This document shows, one piece after another, positions 36,858 through 51,025 of a stretch of 64,000 nucleotides of DNA (its first letter is position 1; each line of letters opens with the position of its first letter). This stretch comes from Octopus sinensis. Lineage: Eukaryota. The notes under the pieces are model-generated. The model saw only the letters and a program-made list of their open reading frames with translations, made no database searches and was not told where the DNA came from. The translations under genes were made by a program, and so were the position numbers. The stretch covers positions 1 to 64,000 of the forward strand of contig NW_021832970.1 in assembly GCF_006345805.1 (NCBI RefSeq), read 5' to 3'.

Positions 36858-37323
36858 TTGTGTCTGCGTGTCTTTGTGTTTGTTCTCCCAACACCGCTTG
36901 ACAACCGGTGTTGGTGTGTTTACGTCCCCCTAAACGGTTCGGCCAAAAAAGCCGATAACCTAAGTACCGGTCTCTAAAAAATGAATCCTGGGGTCGATTT
37001 GTACGACTAAAACACTTCAAGGCGGTATCCCAGCATGGCCGCAGTCAAATGATGGAAACAAGTAAAATATAAAAATAAAAATATGTGGGTGCATGTGTGT
37101 GTGTGTGCGTGTGTATGTGTATGTATGTGTGTGTGTGTATTTGTGTCTGTGTTTGTCCCCCACGACCGCTTGACAACCGGTTCGGTAAAACAGACCCATA
37201 GCATAAGTACCAGGTTTTAAAAATGAAAGCCCTAGGGTCGAATCATTTCACAAAAAGTTTGCCAAGGTAGTACCCCAGCATGGCCGCAGCCAAATGACTG
37301 AAACATGCACATGTGTGTGTGTG

Positions 37324-37367
<44 letters not shown>

Positions 37368-37735
37368 GGGCAAAGGCGTGGCTGTGTGGTTAAGAAGCCA
37401 CGCGGTTTCGTATTCGGATCTGCGTGACGCCTTGAGTAAGTGTCTTCTATAGCGTCGGGCTGACCAAAGCTTTGTGAATGAATTTGGTAATCGGAAACTG
37501 CGTGGAATCCCGTCGTACATATGTGTGCCTGTCTGTCTGTGTCTGTGTGTGTGCGTATTTGTCTCCACTCCATCAACAGTGTTGATTTGCTTATGTCCCC
37601 GTGACCTAGCGTTTCGGCAAAAGACCGACTGAATAAGTATTAGGCTTAAAAAAAATAAGTTAATGAGCCGATTTGTTCGAGTAAAAACCCTCCACAGCAT
37701 GGTCACAGTCCGATGACTGACAAAAATAAAAATAC
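36676..37735 (+). mobile_element. Cluster of SINE family A copies (about 36676-37080, 37140-37285 3' part, 37366-37735)
   Basis: Three A-type tails (ccagcatggccgcag.caaatga) and two heads. Confidence 0.85.
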
Positions 37736-37738
37736 AAG

Positions 37739-37786
<48 letters not shown>

Positions 37787-37788
<2 letters not shown>

Positions 37789-38000
37789 CAACAAGGATAT
37801 CCAGAGTTAATGCAGTACGATCGTTTCACGCAACTCCATTTAATTGAACAATGCTACCATTACATCAATTTAAATGCAAAGCAATCCTCAGCTGCACAAA
37901 GACATATAATTTAATTAAATTAAAATAGATGGACACATTACTATTAAATGAGGTTGCGTGAAACGATCGTACTGCATTACCTCTGGATATCCTTGTTGCT
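37787..38000. mobile_element. MITE, 214 bp, 58-bp TIRs, TA target duplication (Tc1/mariner-type)
   Basis: TA|agcaacaaggatatccagag...catttaat and attaaatg...ctctggatatccttgttgct|TA; 3 mismatches between the TIRs. Confidence 0.9.
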
Positions 38001-38309
38001 TATTTTGATTCTAATCACCTTATTTTGAAATTGTATGGATAATACCGTACTAAATTCTGATGCCTCAACTTAAGTACCATATTCATCTGAATCTAAATTT
38101 TTGTATATATATATATATACATACAAACATACATACATACATACATACAGCCGGGTACGTCTTCCGTGAGGAGTGGTAAACAATTCACAAAACGGTCCAT
38201 CAGTAGAATCAACCACCTCTTTTTTGGCCACGCGTCCAATAGCATAGAAAGTTGTGATTTACGCTGTTGTGCATTATGTATGTGTATGTGTGCATATTAA
38301 TATTGCACT

Positions 38310-38343
<34 letters not shown>

Positions 38344-38428
38344 ATATTATATATATATATATAGGTACGAAACTCTCGGTCCTTAGTCACTCTAACTTCT
38401 GTTATTTATTGAATATACACACACCGAT

Positions 38429-38469
<41 letters not shown>

Positions 38470-38639
38470 CAGAGGGAAGAGAAGGAGTATACACTATATA
38501 TACATTCATACATATATATATATATATATAATATTTATTATATATGAAATTGTATGTATGTATGTTTTGCATGTATATATATATATTTGCATGTATATGT
38601 ATATGATGAGAAAGAAAGAAAGAAAGAAAGAAAGAAGAG

Positions 38640-39342
38640 TAAATGTAGCTAATGAAAGAATGAGCGAATGACTGAATGGAATGAGAGCGGAAACAATAGA
38701 GTCGGGTGGCAGCAGAAGGTTGAATCAAAAACAAAACGCTTTAATGAACTGACTGCCGAATAAAAATGAATGAACGAACGAACGAATAAAAGAAAGAAAG
38801 AAATGGATAGATAAATATTGCTGAAAGAAAAAGTTATAAAAACAAACGAAACAAAAAATGAGCCCAAAGCAAACAAAAATAAAAATAATAATAATAAACG
38901 AACGGGAGCGAGCGGGGTGGGGGGGAATCCCGAAGAAAAATATTATGGAAGAAGCAGACGATAACTAAATACTTAGTCTGGTCGTAAAAATATAAATATA
39001 ATTTAATGAAAAATTAATGGACTTACCGTGACAAGACACCAAAACAACCAACAGTAGTAGATCCAGCAGTGTGTTGTAAATGAAGCAATAGTTGTAGTAT
39101 TTTTTGTTGTATTTATAGTATCGTAGTTATTGTCGTTCTTATTATCATTTTTATTATTAATCATTGTACCCGTATTAGTAGAAGTAATAGTAGTAGTAGT
39201 TGTAGTAGTAGTAATAGCACTGGTATACATTTTTTCAGTTTTTTTCTTCAAAAATTAAATTTTTTTAAAAATAACTTTTCCTTGTTTATTGTTTACTGTC
39301 AACGTGTAGTTACTGTTGTTTGCAGCGCCTAACACCGGTAGT

Positions 39343-39388
<46 letters not shown>

Positions 39389-40001
39389 TGTGTTGTTGTT
39401 GTTGCTACTGCTGCTGCTACTGCTGGTGTTGTTGCTAAAGTTTGTTGATGCTGTTGTCTCTGAAGGGATTAGAAAATACCACCGGTCACTGTAGTAGTAG
39501 TAGTAGTAGTAGTTGCAGTAGTAGTTGTAGTAGTTGCAGTAGTTCTTGCGGTTATCGTCGTCGTTGTGGTTGTTGTAGTTGTTGTTGTAGTTGTAGTTGT
39601 AGTTGTTGCAAGATGTTTGTGTCGTGCTTGAGTTGTAAAAAAGTTCTATCTTAGAAGATATCACCGGTCGTAAATAGTAGTAGTAGTAGTAATGGCGGTA
39701 GCGGTGTCGGTGGTAGTTGTCGTCGTTTAAGCGTGTGTTTCCATCATCGTAGCCGTCGTCTGGTTATCGTCGTCGGATATGACCATCAGAATTGCAATAA
39801 CAACAATGATAATTGCGATAATACTGTTCTCGTTATTACAGTCGTCGTTGTTGGCTGCTGTTGGTTAAATGTTGTCGTTTGTAAAAATTTCTGCTTCTGT
39901 CTTTTTCAACGAAAAGCAACACCGGTCGTCGTTGTAGTACTTAATAGTAATAGAAAAATATATAAACAGTAGTTTACAGTAGTAATAGCCGCAACAACAA
40001 C

Positions 40002-40033
<32 letters not shown>

Positions 40034-40923
40034 GCAAGAGTAATGATTATAGTAGTATTAGTATTAATAGTAGCTGTGACGGTTGTTGTTGTTGTTGTTG
40101 TGGTCGTCGTGGTCCGTAAAATCTTCCTTCTTTCCTTTCTCACTGACACAAACGGTCTGAAGACTGTTTCAAGCGCTGCTCAAGTTTATGTTGTCGTTAG
40201 AGGAGGATGGTAGGGTTGGGTTGGCGGGTGGGGAGTAGTAGAAGGAGGGTGAGGGTGAGGGAGAAGGAGAGGGAGAGGGCGAGAGAAATAGAGAGGTAGG
40301 GTGAGACAGAGTGAGGGAGAGAGATAGAGAGAGGGGTATGGGGAGAGAGAGAGAGAAAGAAATAGAGAAAGACTGATAGAGAGGGGTATAGGGCGAGAGG
40401 GAGAGAGAGACAGACAGACAGACAGGCAAACAAAAAAAGAGAGGGGGATAGAGACAGAGAGAGACAAAGAGAAAGAAAAAATGAGCGAAAGTGAAAAAGA
40501 AGCGAGAGAGAGGAACAGAAAGGAAGGGCGAGAGAAAATGAGGGAGAGAAGAAAGGCGGGTGGGAGAGGGGAGAGAAGAGGAGACAGAGAGAGAGAGAGA
40601 GAGAGGGAGAAAGAAAAAAGTGAATGAGAAGGAGAAAAGTAAAGAGGAAGAAGAAAAAAAACTGGCAGTGAATGGTTGGGGTGGTTACGGGGTAATGTGT
40701 GTAAGAGGGTGGGTAAAGATCCTCTGATATTTGGGTAGGTGGGGTGGCTTACTACTACTACTACTACTACTACAAGCTTGGCTGGCGGTCTGACTGACTG
40801 ACTGGCTGGCTGGCTGGTTGGCAAGCTGGTTGGTTGGTGAGTTATGGAATGAGGTGGAATGTCCGTTAATAGCGGACAGATGTGGGGGCGGGGAGGTTGT
40901 GTAGCTGTGATGTGTATATGGAT

Positions 40924-41004
<81 letters not shown>

Positions 41005-41243
41005 GCATATATATATATATATATATATGCATGCATATATACGATATATATATATATATATATGTATATATAATGTATGTATGTATGTATGTGTATGGTG
41101 TGTATGTGTTGTGGTGTGTGTATGTATGTATGTATGTATGTTGTATGTGTGTGTGGTGTGATGTATGTTATGTTGTGTGTGTGTGTATATGTATGTATGT
41201 ATGTGTGTGTGTATGTATGTATGTAGTATGTATGTAGTATGTA

Positions 41244-41308
<65 letters not shown>

Positions 41309-41386
41309 ATGTATGTATGTATGTATGTGTGAGGGTTTGAACGGTAGCAGTGATGGAGATGATGGGTGTTGGTGGTAGTGGTGGTA

Positions 41387-41421
<35 letters not shown>

Positions 41422-41537
41422 AAAGTGGGGATGGTGATGGAGGAGGAGGCGGCGGTGGTAGTGGTGGTGGTGGTGGTGGTAACAACAAAAGTGATTGTGA
41501 CAAAATACCGCTGTGGGAGTTTAAAAATTCTAGTGTC

Positions 41538-41605
<68 letters not shown>

Positions 41606-41709
41606 TATGTGTGCGTGTATGTGTGGATGTGGAAGAATGTATGAGTATATATATGTATTTTGTGTACAATGTATGCAAAACCTATGAGTAGATAGATAGA
41701 TAGATAGAA

Positions 41710-41778
<69 letters not shown>

Positions 41779-42190
41779 GGAGGGGAAAAACTGGGGTACA
41801 GAGAGAAAAATTCATGGGCGAGAGACAATTTGGGGAAATACGGGAAAAAAAATAAAACAAGAAAAAATGAAAGTGAGAAGAACCGAAAGAAAAGGAAGAA
41901 TTGTGTTTAAAGGAGAATAGAGAGGGGGTAAATAGAGGAAGTAATAGAATGACAGATGGGAGGAGGGAGTGAGAAACGAGAGCGAATATCCTGAAGAGAA
42001 ATATAAAGAAAAGGAAAGAAAGAGGATGAGAGAGAGAGAGAGAGAAAGAGAGAAAGAGGAGTATAATGAGGGAGAAAGAGGAGAGAAGAAATGAGAAAGA
42101 GAGAAAGACTGAGGGAGGCGGAGGACGAGAAAATGTAGGAGTGAAAGGAGGAGAGGGGGTATGTGTATGTTCGCGTGCGCACGTTTGTGC

Positions 42191-42229
<39 letters not shown>

Positions 42230-42240
42230 TGTGTGTGTGT
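38640..42240. repeat. Long mosaic of low-complexity tracts (GAAA, GTA/GTT/AAT, GA-rich, TA, ATGT, GAT, GATA, GT)
   Basis: Direct reading. Confidence 0.9.
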
Positions 42241-42772
42241 ACGACACCCGGTAGTCAAGGCGAAGCTATTGAATGGAGAAATGTTCTAACGTCGTAAGAA
42301 TAAACTTGTAGTAACACGGTCGTGTACAAGTGTGTAGAAGTGTGACTATGCATACATACATACAGGCATATACATACATACACGTATATATATATATATA
42401 CATACATAAATTTGTAGGTGTGTGTTGTGTGTGTATGTAATATGCTATCTAGGTGTCTGTATACATAAATACAAACACGCAAATATATGTTAGAGACACA
42501 GAAAGAGATGTCCGGAAATATATAAGAAAATAGGTTTGTATAAGACTTTATACTTACATATACGCGCGCTTTTCGCACACACTTCCAAACACACATATAT
42601 ACGTACATACGTACAATTATTTACACAAGCATATACATACATCACACACGCGCACTTGTGTGTATGAGCGTGTTTGTGTGTGTGTGTGTGTATACATATA
42701 TATATGTGTATGTATAGGATAAGATATTGATCTTAATATATGTAGACAGACAGGCAGACAGACAGATATATG

Positions 42773-42774
<2 letters not shown>

Positions 42775-42849
<75 letters not shown>

Positions 42850-42954
42850 GTAGATAGATAGATAGATAGATAGATAGATATGTTTCTTTATTAGCCACAC
42901 AGGGCTGCACACAGATAGAACAAATTACAAGGTAGAGCTTTTCTTTTGAAGGTT

Positions 42955-43022
<68 letters not shown>

Positions 43023-43026
43023 CGGG

Positions 43027-43094
<68 letters not shown>

Positions 43095-43098
43095 CGGG

Positions 43099-43172
<74 letters not shown>
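42775..43172. repeat. (GATA)n array interrupted by the 76-bp tail module (42881-42956)
   Basis: Direct reading. Confidence 0.95.
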
Positions 43173-43173
<1 letters not shown>

Positions 43174-43730
43174 AATAGAATTTTATGAAAATATACAGAT
43201 AAGCATATAGAGGGATAAATACACGCATGTGGTGTATACGCGTCACTGGTTGTATGTTGCTCGTATGTGATTATGTTCTTGCATGGGTATATGCGTGTTT
43301 ATGCGCATGTGCATGTGAGTATCTGTGTGCATGTGTGCATGTGTGTGTATGCGTGTGTGTCAGCCGACCGGGGTACGTACGTACGTCTAGCATGGAAAGG
43401 CGGGAAAAGCAGAAATAAGTGATGGAATGAGAGACGATAGTGATGACAGAACAAAATGGAAAACAGCGTGTGTGTGTGTGTGTGTGAGCGCGCGCGCGCG
43501 TGTGTATGTGTGTGTGTGTGTGTGTGTGTGCGTGTGTGTATGTGTACATGCACGTGTGCGCGTATGTGTGCGCACCTGTGTGTGTGTATGTGTTTTATGT
43601 CTGTGTGTGGCGTCCATAAGTCACCCACTCCGTCTCTCTGTATACCAAACACACTTGTATTTACATAATATCAGCACATGTATAAGGTTTACTCTTGTCG
43701 ACATGTTGGCACTTTTATTATTCACCCCCC

Positions 43731-43775
<45 letters not shown>

Positions 43776-44463
43776 ATATCTCTCTCTCTTTTCGAAACTG
43801 GTGAGTGACAAGGCTGGCAGAAATGGTAGAGTTACGTCCCTTTACGTTTTGAGTTCAAATGTATTTCGTGAGTGGACTAGAACTGACTTTGTAGCCAAAC
43901 ATCAATCAGTTATTGACTGCAGCTGATATAATCGATGAAAATTCATAGATGACAATTAAGTAAAGAAATATATTTGCCGCACGAATCGTCGTGAAGTAAA
44001 AACAACTTTTCAGATATTTGTATCTCATCACAAAGGAAGAGTGTCGCAAACTGATATCACGATGGTAGGAAAACAGATAAACAACTGAGGTATCAAACTT
44101 AATATGGTTTCTTTTTGAAGAAGTACAAGTGACCGAAACGTTGTGTCATTACATTTCGAATGCAAACTAACTCAATATAACTTATTTCCTACGAGAGAAA
44201 AATGCCTGAAAATAGTTGAAGGGTGAACCACATTTCTCTTGTTTTTTCTCATGTTCTCATGTTCTATAGTCCTCTATTTGAACTTGTATAGGCCATGTGC
44301 CCAGAGCCTGAAGTTTACTTGGAGACATTAGGAATGTTATTAAAACATATCTAGAAAACATCTCCATTCTAGTCGCTCATAACTATATGCCGTGTACGTT
44401 AAACAATATTTATCTCTCTCGGATGGGTTACTTTTTGTTGATCTGAACTTGACGGAAAAGTAA

Positions 44464-44503
<40 letters not shown>

Positions 44504-44968
44504 CACACATCCATTTCTGATTCAAACAATTAGTTTTTTCGACACAATTCATGTGACAATCTAAGGTATCGCTCATCAGAGATTGCAAAACTTGCTGAAA
44601 TAGATCTATTGACAAATATACGAGTGCCTGCCTGATTCTTTTTTCCTGATCTACGGATTTTTAGGCGAACTTACATACATACATACATACATAGTACATA
44701 CACACACACACATACATATACACACACACACATACATATACACACGCATACATGTATGCAAACACAAATACACATAAAAATATGATTTGTGATTAAAGGC
44801 TGTACACGCCATCTTCTTGTTTCACAAATGTTTATATGAATTCTTGTACACATGCATATGCAGTAAAAGGAGTATTTCTACTGTAATATGGCATTTGGTA
44901 GCCGATAATGGAAAAGGAGCTTTGAATTGTACGTTATGAGTTTATTATTCAGATGTGTGTGTGTGTGT

Positions 44969-45031
<63 letters not shown>

Positions 45032-45159
45032 CAGCCGAAATTACTACGATGATCCGGTTCTTGACTGAAGACTGAGGGGTTCGAATGTCATGTCCATGTT
45101 TATTGTATCGTCTTCTAAGAGTTATACGTTCTTGTCCATGTTGTATTTTTCTACATACC

Positions 45160-45208
<49 letters not shown>

Positions 45209-45209
45209 G

Positions 45210-45246
<37 letters not shown>

Positions 45247-45269
45247 CGATCAGATGTGTGTGTGTGTAT

Positions 45270-45490
45270 GTGTGTGTGGAGGGTGTCAGCATCATGATCG
45301 TAAGATTGTGGTTTCGATTCCTGGACCGGGCGACGCGTTGTGTTCTTGAGCAAAACACTTCATTTCATGTTGCTCTAGTCCACTCAGTTGGCAAAGTGAG
45401 TAACTTGTGATGGGGACTGGCATCCGTCCAGCTGGAGGGACAACACCGCCAATGAAACGAGGAACCCGAGCCCATGGGTCTGGCTAGGCT
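45270..45490 (+). mobile_element. SINE family C variant
   Basis: gatcgtaagattgtggtttcgattcctggaccgggcgacgcgttgtgttcttgagcaaaacactt. Confidence 0.8.
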
Positions 45491-45528
45491 TTAAAAGTGC
45501 GCATTTATTTTATATATATATATATATA

Positions 45529-45561
<33 letters not shown>

Positions 45562-45563
<2 letters not shown>

Positions 45564-45700
45564 CAATAGGGATTCCAAGGTAGTGTGTAGTACAATCGTT
45601 TCATGCTACTTCATTTAATTAATCAATGTAAGTATACATCAGTTTTAAAATGTAGAGCATTCTTCAGCCACATATAGAATTTTTTTAATTAAATAGACAA
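45562..45700. mobile_element. Truncated, diverged relative of the 37787 MITE
   Basis: agcaatagggattccaaggtagtgtgtagtacaatcgtttcatgctacttcatttaatt resembles the left TIR and the following internal sequence. Confidence 0.6.
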
Positions 45701-46457
45701 TGTTCATTTTTATACTTATTCCATTTGCCAACATTACAAAGAGGGTAGATATATAGACAGAGAGGTTGTTTGGAAGCAACCACGTCTGCGTTTATATGTA
45801 TTTATATTATAAATATACTATGTGTATTTGCATACTTACCGATACATATACACATATACATATATAAGTCTTTGTGATTTAGCGGTTCGACTCAAGAGAC
45901 CAATAGAATAAGCACCAGTCTTAAAATAAGACTAAACTCTTCAAGGCAGTGTCCCTACATTACTGCAGTCCAATAACTGAAGCAATTAACGCATACAAGC
46001 TAAGGATATACATACATACACACAGACACACAAACACCCATTCACACACACATATAACATTTTTACTCGTTTTTTTTCTTCTTTTATTTCTCTCACAGCT
46101 AGGCTTTCCAGTATACATATATGTATACGGGTGACAGCGCTAAGCAATGATGTATAGAAATACAAACTTGGTGACCAGTTCAAATATGCCTGAAGTATAT
46201 TCGAAGCCATAGGGAAGTCGTACACTGCATTTTGTCATGGAAAAAATTTCTCGTTGTAGACAGATGGTTATATACACATACAGCCAATTCATAACGTCCA
46301 CTGATCAGACTGTTAGGTGCCTATATTTCGGAGTTGTTATTTTCTCTTCAGTAACAGAAACCGGAAAGACAAACGTTGCGAACTGACGCGAGAGACAGGT
46401 CCCTCCTATGATATTCCCATCATCGTTCAATAACTGGTTGCACTATTCAACGGCTCG

Positions 46458-47240
46458 ATATGTATGTATGTATGTATGTATGTATGTTATGTATGTATGT
46501 ATGTATGTATGTATGTATGTATGTTATGTATGTATGTATGTATGTATATATGTTATGTATGTATGTATATATGTCATGTATGTATATATGTTATGTATGC
46601 ATGTATGTTATGTTATGTATGTATGTATGTGTATGTTATGTTTTGTTATGTATGTATGTTATGTATGTATGTATGTTATGTATGTATGTATGTATGTATG
46701 TATATATGTCATGTATGTATATATGTTATGTATGCATGTATGTTATGTATGTATGAATGTATGTATGTATGTATGTATGTTATGTATGTATGTGTGTATG
46801 TTATGTATGTATGTATGTTATGTATGTATGTATGTATGTTATGTATGTATGTGTGTATGTTATGTATGTATGTATGTTATGTATGTATGTATGTATGTAT
46901 GTTATGTATGTATGTATGTATGTATGTCTGTATGTATGTATGTATGTGTATGTATGTATGTGTATGTATGCATGTATGTATGTATATATGTATGTATGTA
47001 TGTAAGTATGTATGTATGTATGTATGTAAGTATGTATGTATGTGTATGTATGTAAGTATGTATGTATGTATGTATGTAAGTATGTATGTATGTGTATGTA
47101 TGTATGTATGTATGTATGTATGTATGTATGTATGTATGTATGTATGTGTATGTATGTATGTATGTATGTATGTATGTATGTATGTATGTATGTATGTATG
47201 TATGTGTATGTATGTATGTATGTTATGTTATGTATGTATG
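46458..47240. repeat. (ATGT)n array, first block
   Basis: Direct reading. Confidence 0.97.
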
Positions 47241-47612
47241 AATGCGATTTTTATTCGAGTTTTATTTAAGTTCTTCTTGGGAGAATTCAAGCCAGTCGCT
47301 AAGAAAGCTCAAGACTTCTTAAGTAAAGGGAGTTCTCGAGGTTTGCAAATACGTGGTTGAGTTGGTATGTTGGTTGAACGGTCGATCTATTCACATTAGA
47401 ATCTGGGATGAAGAATTTTTGGAATGTCTTACACATTTTCATTGTGCCACTAATAGATTGGATTTGGAGAGGAAATCGCGTCAGTTTTGTATGTATGCAT
47501 GCATGTATGTAATTGTTCAGTTTTTTTTCAAGATTTCTTGCCAATAGAGAAAGAGACGATTTCCAAACTAGATTCAAAGCTCTTTCATTGGAATTTTAAC
47601 ATCAACAACAGG

Positions 47613-50100
47613 GTATGTAGGTATGTATGCGTGTATGCATGTATGTATGTATGTATGTATGTATGTATGTATGTATGTATGTATGTATGCATGTATGTAT
47701 GTATGCGTGTATGCATGTATGTATGTATGTATGTATGTATGTATGTATGTATGTATGCATGTATGCATGTATGTATGTATGTATGTATGTATGTATGTAT
47801 GTATGTAGTATGTATGTATGTGTGTGTGTATGTATGTATGTATGTATGTATGTTATGTATGTAGTATGTATGTATGTATGTATGTATGGTATGTATGTAG
47901 GTATGTATGTGATGTATGTATGTATGTTTATGTATGTGTGTATGTATGTATGTATGTATGTGTATGTATGTATGTATGTATGGATGTATGTTGTATGTAT
48001 GTATGTAGTATGTATGATGTATGGATGTATGTATGTATGTATGTATGTATGTATGTATGTATGTATGTGTATGTATGTATGTTATGTATGTATGTATGTA
48101 TGTATGTATGTATGTAGTTATGTGTGTATGTATGTTATGTATGTATGTATGTATGTATGTATGTATGTATGTGGTATGTATGTATGTATGTATGTACCTA
48201 TGCTATGAGTATGTATGTATGTATGTATGTTGTATGTATGTATGTATGTATGTATGTATGTTATGTATGTTATGTATGTATGTATGTATGTATGTATGTA
48301 TGTATGTAGTGTATGTATGTATGTATGTAGTATGTATGTATGTATGTTATGTATGTATGTATGTATGTTGTTATGTATGTATGATGTATGTATGTATGTT
48401 ATGTATGTATGTATGATGTGTGTAGGTATGGTATGTATGTATGTATGTATGTATGTATGTATGTATGATGTATGTATGTATTTATGTATGTATTGTATGT
48501 ATGTATGTATGGTGTATGTAGTATTATGTATGTATGTATGGTAAGTATGTATGTATGTATGTATGTATGTATGGTGTAGGTGTGTATGTATGTATGGTAT
48601 GATGTATGTATGTATGTGGTATGTATGTATGTATGTATGTATGTTATGTATGTATGTATGTATGTATGTATGTATGTTATGTATGTATGTATGTGTGTAT
48701 GTATGTATGTATGTATGTATGTATGTATGTATGTTATGTATGTAGTATGTATGTATGTGTGTATGTATGTATGTATGTATGTATGTTATGTATGTATATA
48801 TGTATGTATGTATGTATGTTAGTATGTATGTATGTATGTATGTGTTATGTATGTATGTATGTATGTATGTATGTATGTATGTATGTATGTGTGTTGTATG
48901 TATGTATGTATGTATGTATGTATGTTAATATGTATGTATGTATGATGTATGTTATGTATGTATGTATGTAGGTTGTATGTATTAGTATGTATGTATGTAT
49001 GTATGTATGTATGTATGTATGTATGTATGTGTGTATGTATGTATGTATGTATGTATGTGTATGTATGATGTATGTATGTATGTATGTTATGTATGTATGG
49101 TATTATGTAGGTATGTAGTATGTGTGTTGTATGTATGTATGTATGTATGTATGTTATGTATGTTAGTTTATGTAGGTATGTAGTATGTGTGTATGTAGTA
49201 TGTATGTATGTGTGGTATGTATGTTATGTATGTATGTATGTAGTATGTATGTATGTGATGTATGTATGTATGTAAGTATGTATGTATGTATGTATTGTAT
49301 GATTATGTATGTGTTATGTATGTATGTATGTTGTATGTATGTAGTTATGTATGTGTGTATGTAGTATGTATGTATGTATGTGTTATGTATGTATGTTATT
49401 ATGTATGTATGTATGTGTGTATGTATGGTGTATGTATGTGTGTATGTATGTATGTATGTATGTATGTATGTATGTATGTATGTATGTATGTGTGTATGTA
49501 TGTATGTGTGTATGTATGATGTATGTATGTATGTAGTATGTATGTATGTATGTATGTGTGTATGTATGTATGTATGTGTGTATGTATGTATGTATGTATG
49601 TATGTATGTAGGTATGTTAGATGTATGTATGTATGTATGTATGTATGTATGTATGTATGTTATGTATGTATGTATGTTGTGTTATGTATGTATGTATGTA
49701 TGTATGTATGTTGTATGTATGTATGTGTGTATGTATGTATGTGTGTATTGTATGTATGTATGTATGTATGTATGTGTGTATGTATGTATGTATGTCTGTA
49801 TGTATGATGTATGGATCTGTGTGTATGATGTATGTATGTATGTAGTATGTATGTATGTATGTATGTATGTAGTATGTATGTATGTATGTAGATATGTAGT
49901 ATGTATGTATGTATGTATGTATGTATGTATGTTGATGTGTGTGTATGTATGTATGATGTATGTATGTATGTATGTATGTTTATGTATGTGTGTATGTGTA
50001 TGTTATGTTTGTTATGTATGTATGTATGTATGTATGTATGTGTGGATGTATGTTATGTATGGTGTATGTATGTATGTATGTATGTATGTAGGTATGTATG
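47613..50100. repeat. (ATGT)n array, second block, ~2.5 kb, indel-rich
   Basis: Direct reading; all MYVC ORFs derive from it. Confidence 0.97.
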
Positions 50101-50129
50101 TGCGCTGATTTGTATGCTTTGCTTTATGC

Positions 50130-50540
50130 TGTTACACTTCCAGATGGGAAGGGGTCTTCCTATGACGCTGACATGCAGTGTCTGCAACGACCCTGCCTCA
50201 GTTAAAGCTGGACTCAAGAGTCATCTTCGTTAGTCATAAAAGCGAGACAGATGAGTGACAACCTGGCCACTGGTGGTGGTGTAACACACCATACTAATCA
50301 TATCTGTCGGACATGTGGAAGAGAGTGTAATTCGGCAGGAGGACCTTAAACGACATGCAAAGGTACATGAAGTCCAGTTACAACTACAGGTGGTATGCCG
50401 GTAAAGGTTTTAGCTGCCAATTCTTACAAGACATTGTAGATCTTTGGCGGGCTAAAAGGTCACATTCGATCACAGCACCAGTAACAGTTAAGCTTCGTGC
50501 AATGGCCATACTCGGAACGGGGAAGCAGCCATAATAATAA
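50130..50540 (+). mobile_element. RTE-like LINE 3' fragment with three C2H2-like fingers and a long target-site duplication
   Basis: TCSVCNDPASVKAGLKSHLR; ICRTCGRECNSAGG-LKRHAKVH; FSCQF-TRHCRSLAGLKGHIRSQHQ*; flanked by cgctgatttgtatg(c/t)tttgctttatgc on both sides. Confidence 0.7.
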
Positions 50541-50646
50541 TGTATGTATGTATGTACGCTGATTTGTATGTTTTGCTTTATGCATTCTCATGCATATAGT
50601 TGCATATCTAGGCATGCTATGTATGTATGTATGTATGTATGTATGT

Positions 50647-51025
50647 GTGAAGGCGCAATGGCCCAGTGGTTAGGGCAGCGGACTCGCGGTTTCGATTCCC
50701 AGACCGGGCGTTGTGAGTGTTTATTGAGCGAAAACACCTAAAAGCTTCACGAGACTCCGGGAGGGGATGGTGGTAATCCCTGCTGTACTCTTTCACCACA
50801 ACTTTCTCTCACTCTTACTTCCTGTTTCTGTTGTACCCGTATTTCAAGGGGCCGGCCTTGTCACTCTCTGTGTCACGCTGAATATCCCCGAGAACTACGT
50901 TAAGGGTACACGTGTCTGTGGAGTGCTCAGCCACTTACACGTTAATTTCACGAGCAGGCTGTTCCGTTGATTCGGATCAACCGGAACCCTCGTCGTCGTA
51001 ACCGACGGAGTGCTTCCCATCCCAT
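50647..51025 (+). mobile_element. SINE family C variant, full length, with a long tail
   Basis: gaaggcgcaatggcccagtggttagggcagcggactcgcgg head; same head as 33733. Confidence 0.85.

Noticed and set aside
44520-44600. Minus-strand CTGATGA...GAAA
   Set aside because: Stem III and the cleavage triplet cannot be formed; probably chance.
46350-46440. Possible exon after a strong acceptor (ttattttctcttcag)
   Set aside because: No convincing donor, and the open frame stops within 30 codons.
46408-50233. Long ORFs of up to 298 aa (MYVC repeats)
   Set aside because: They are translations of (ATGT)n, which has stop-free frames.
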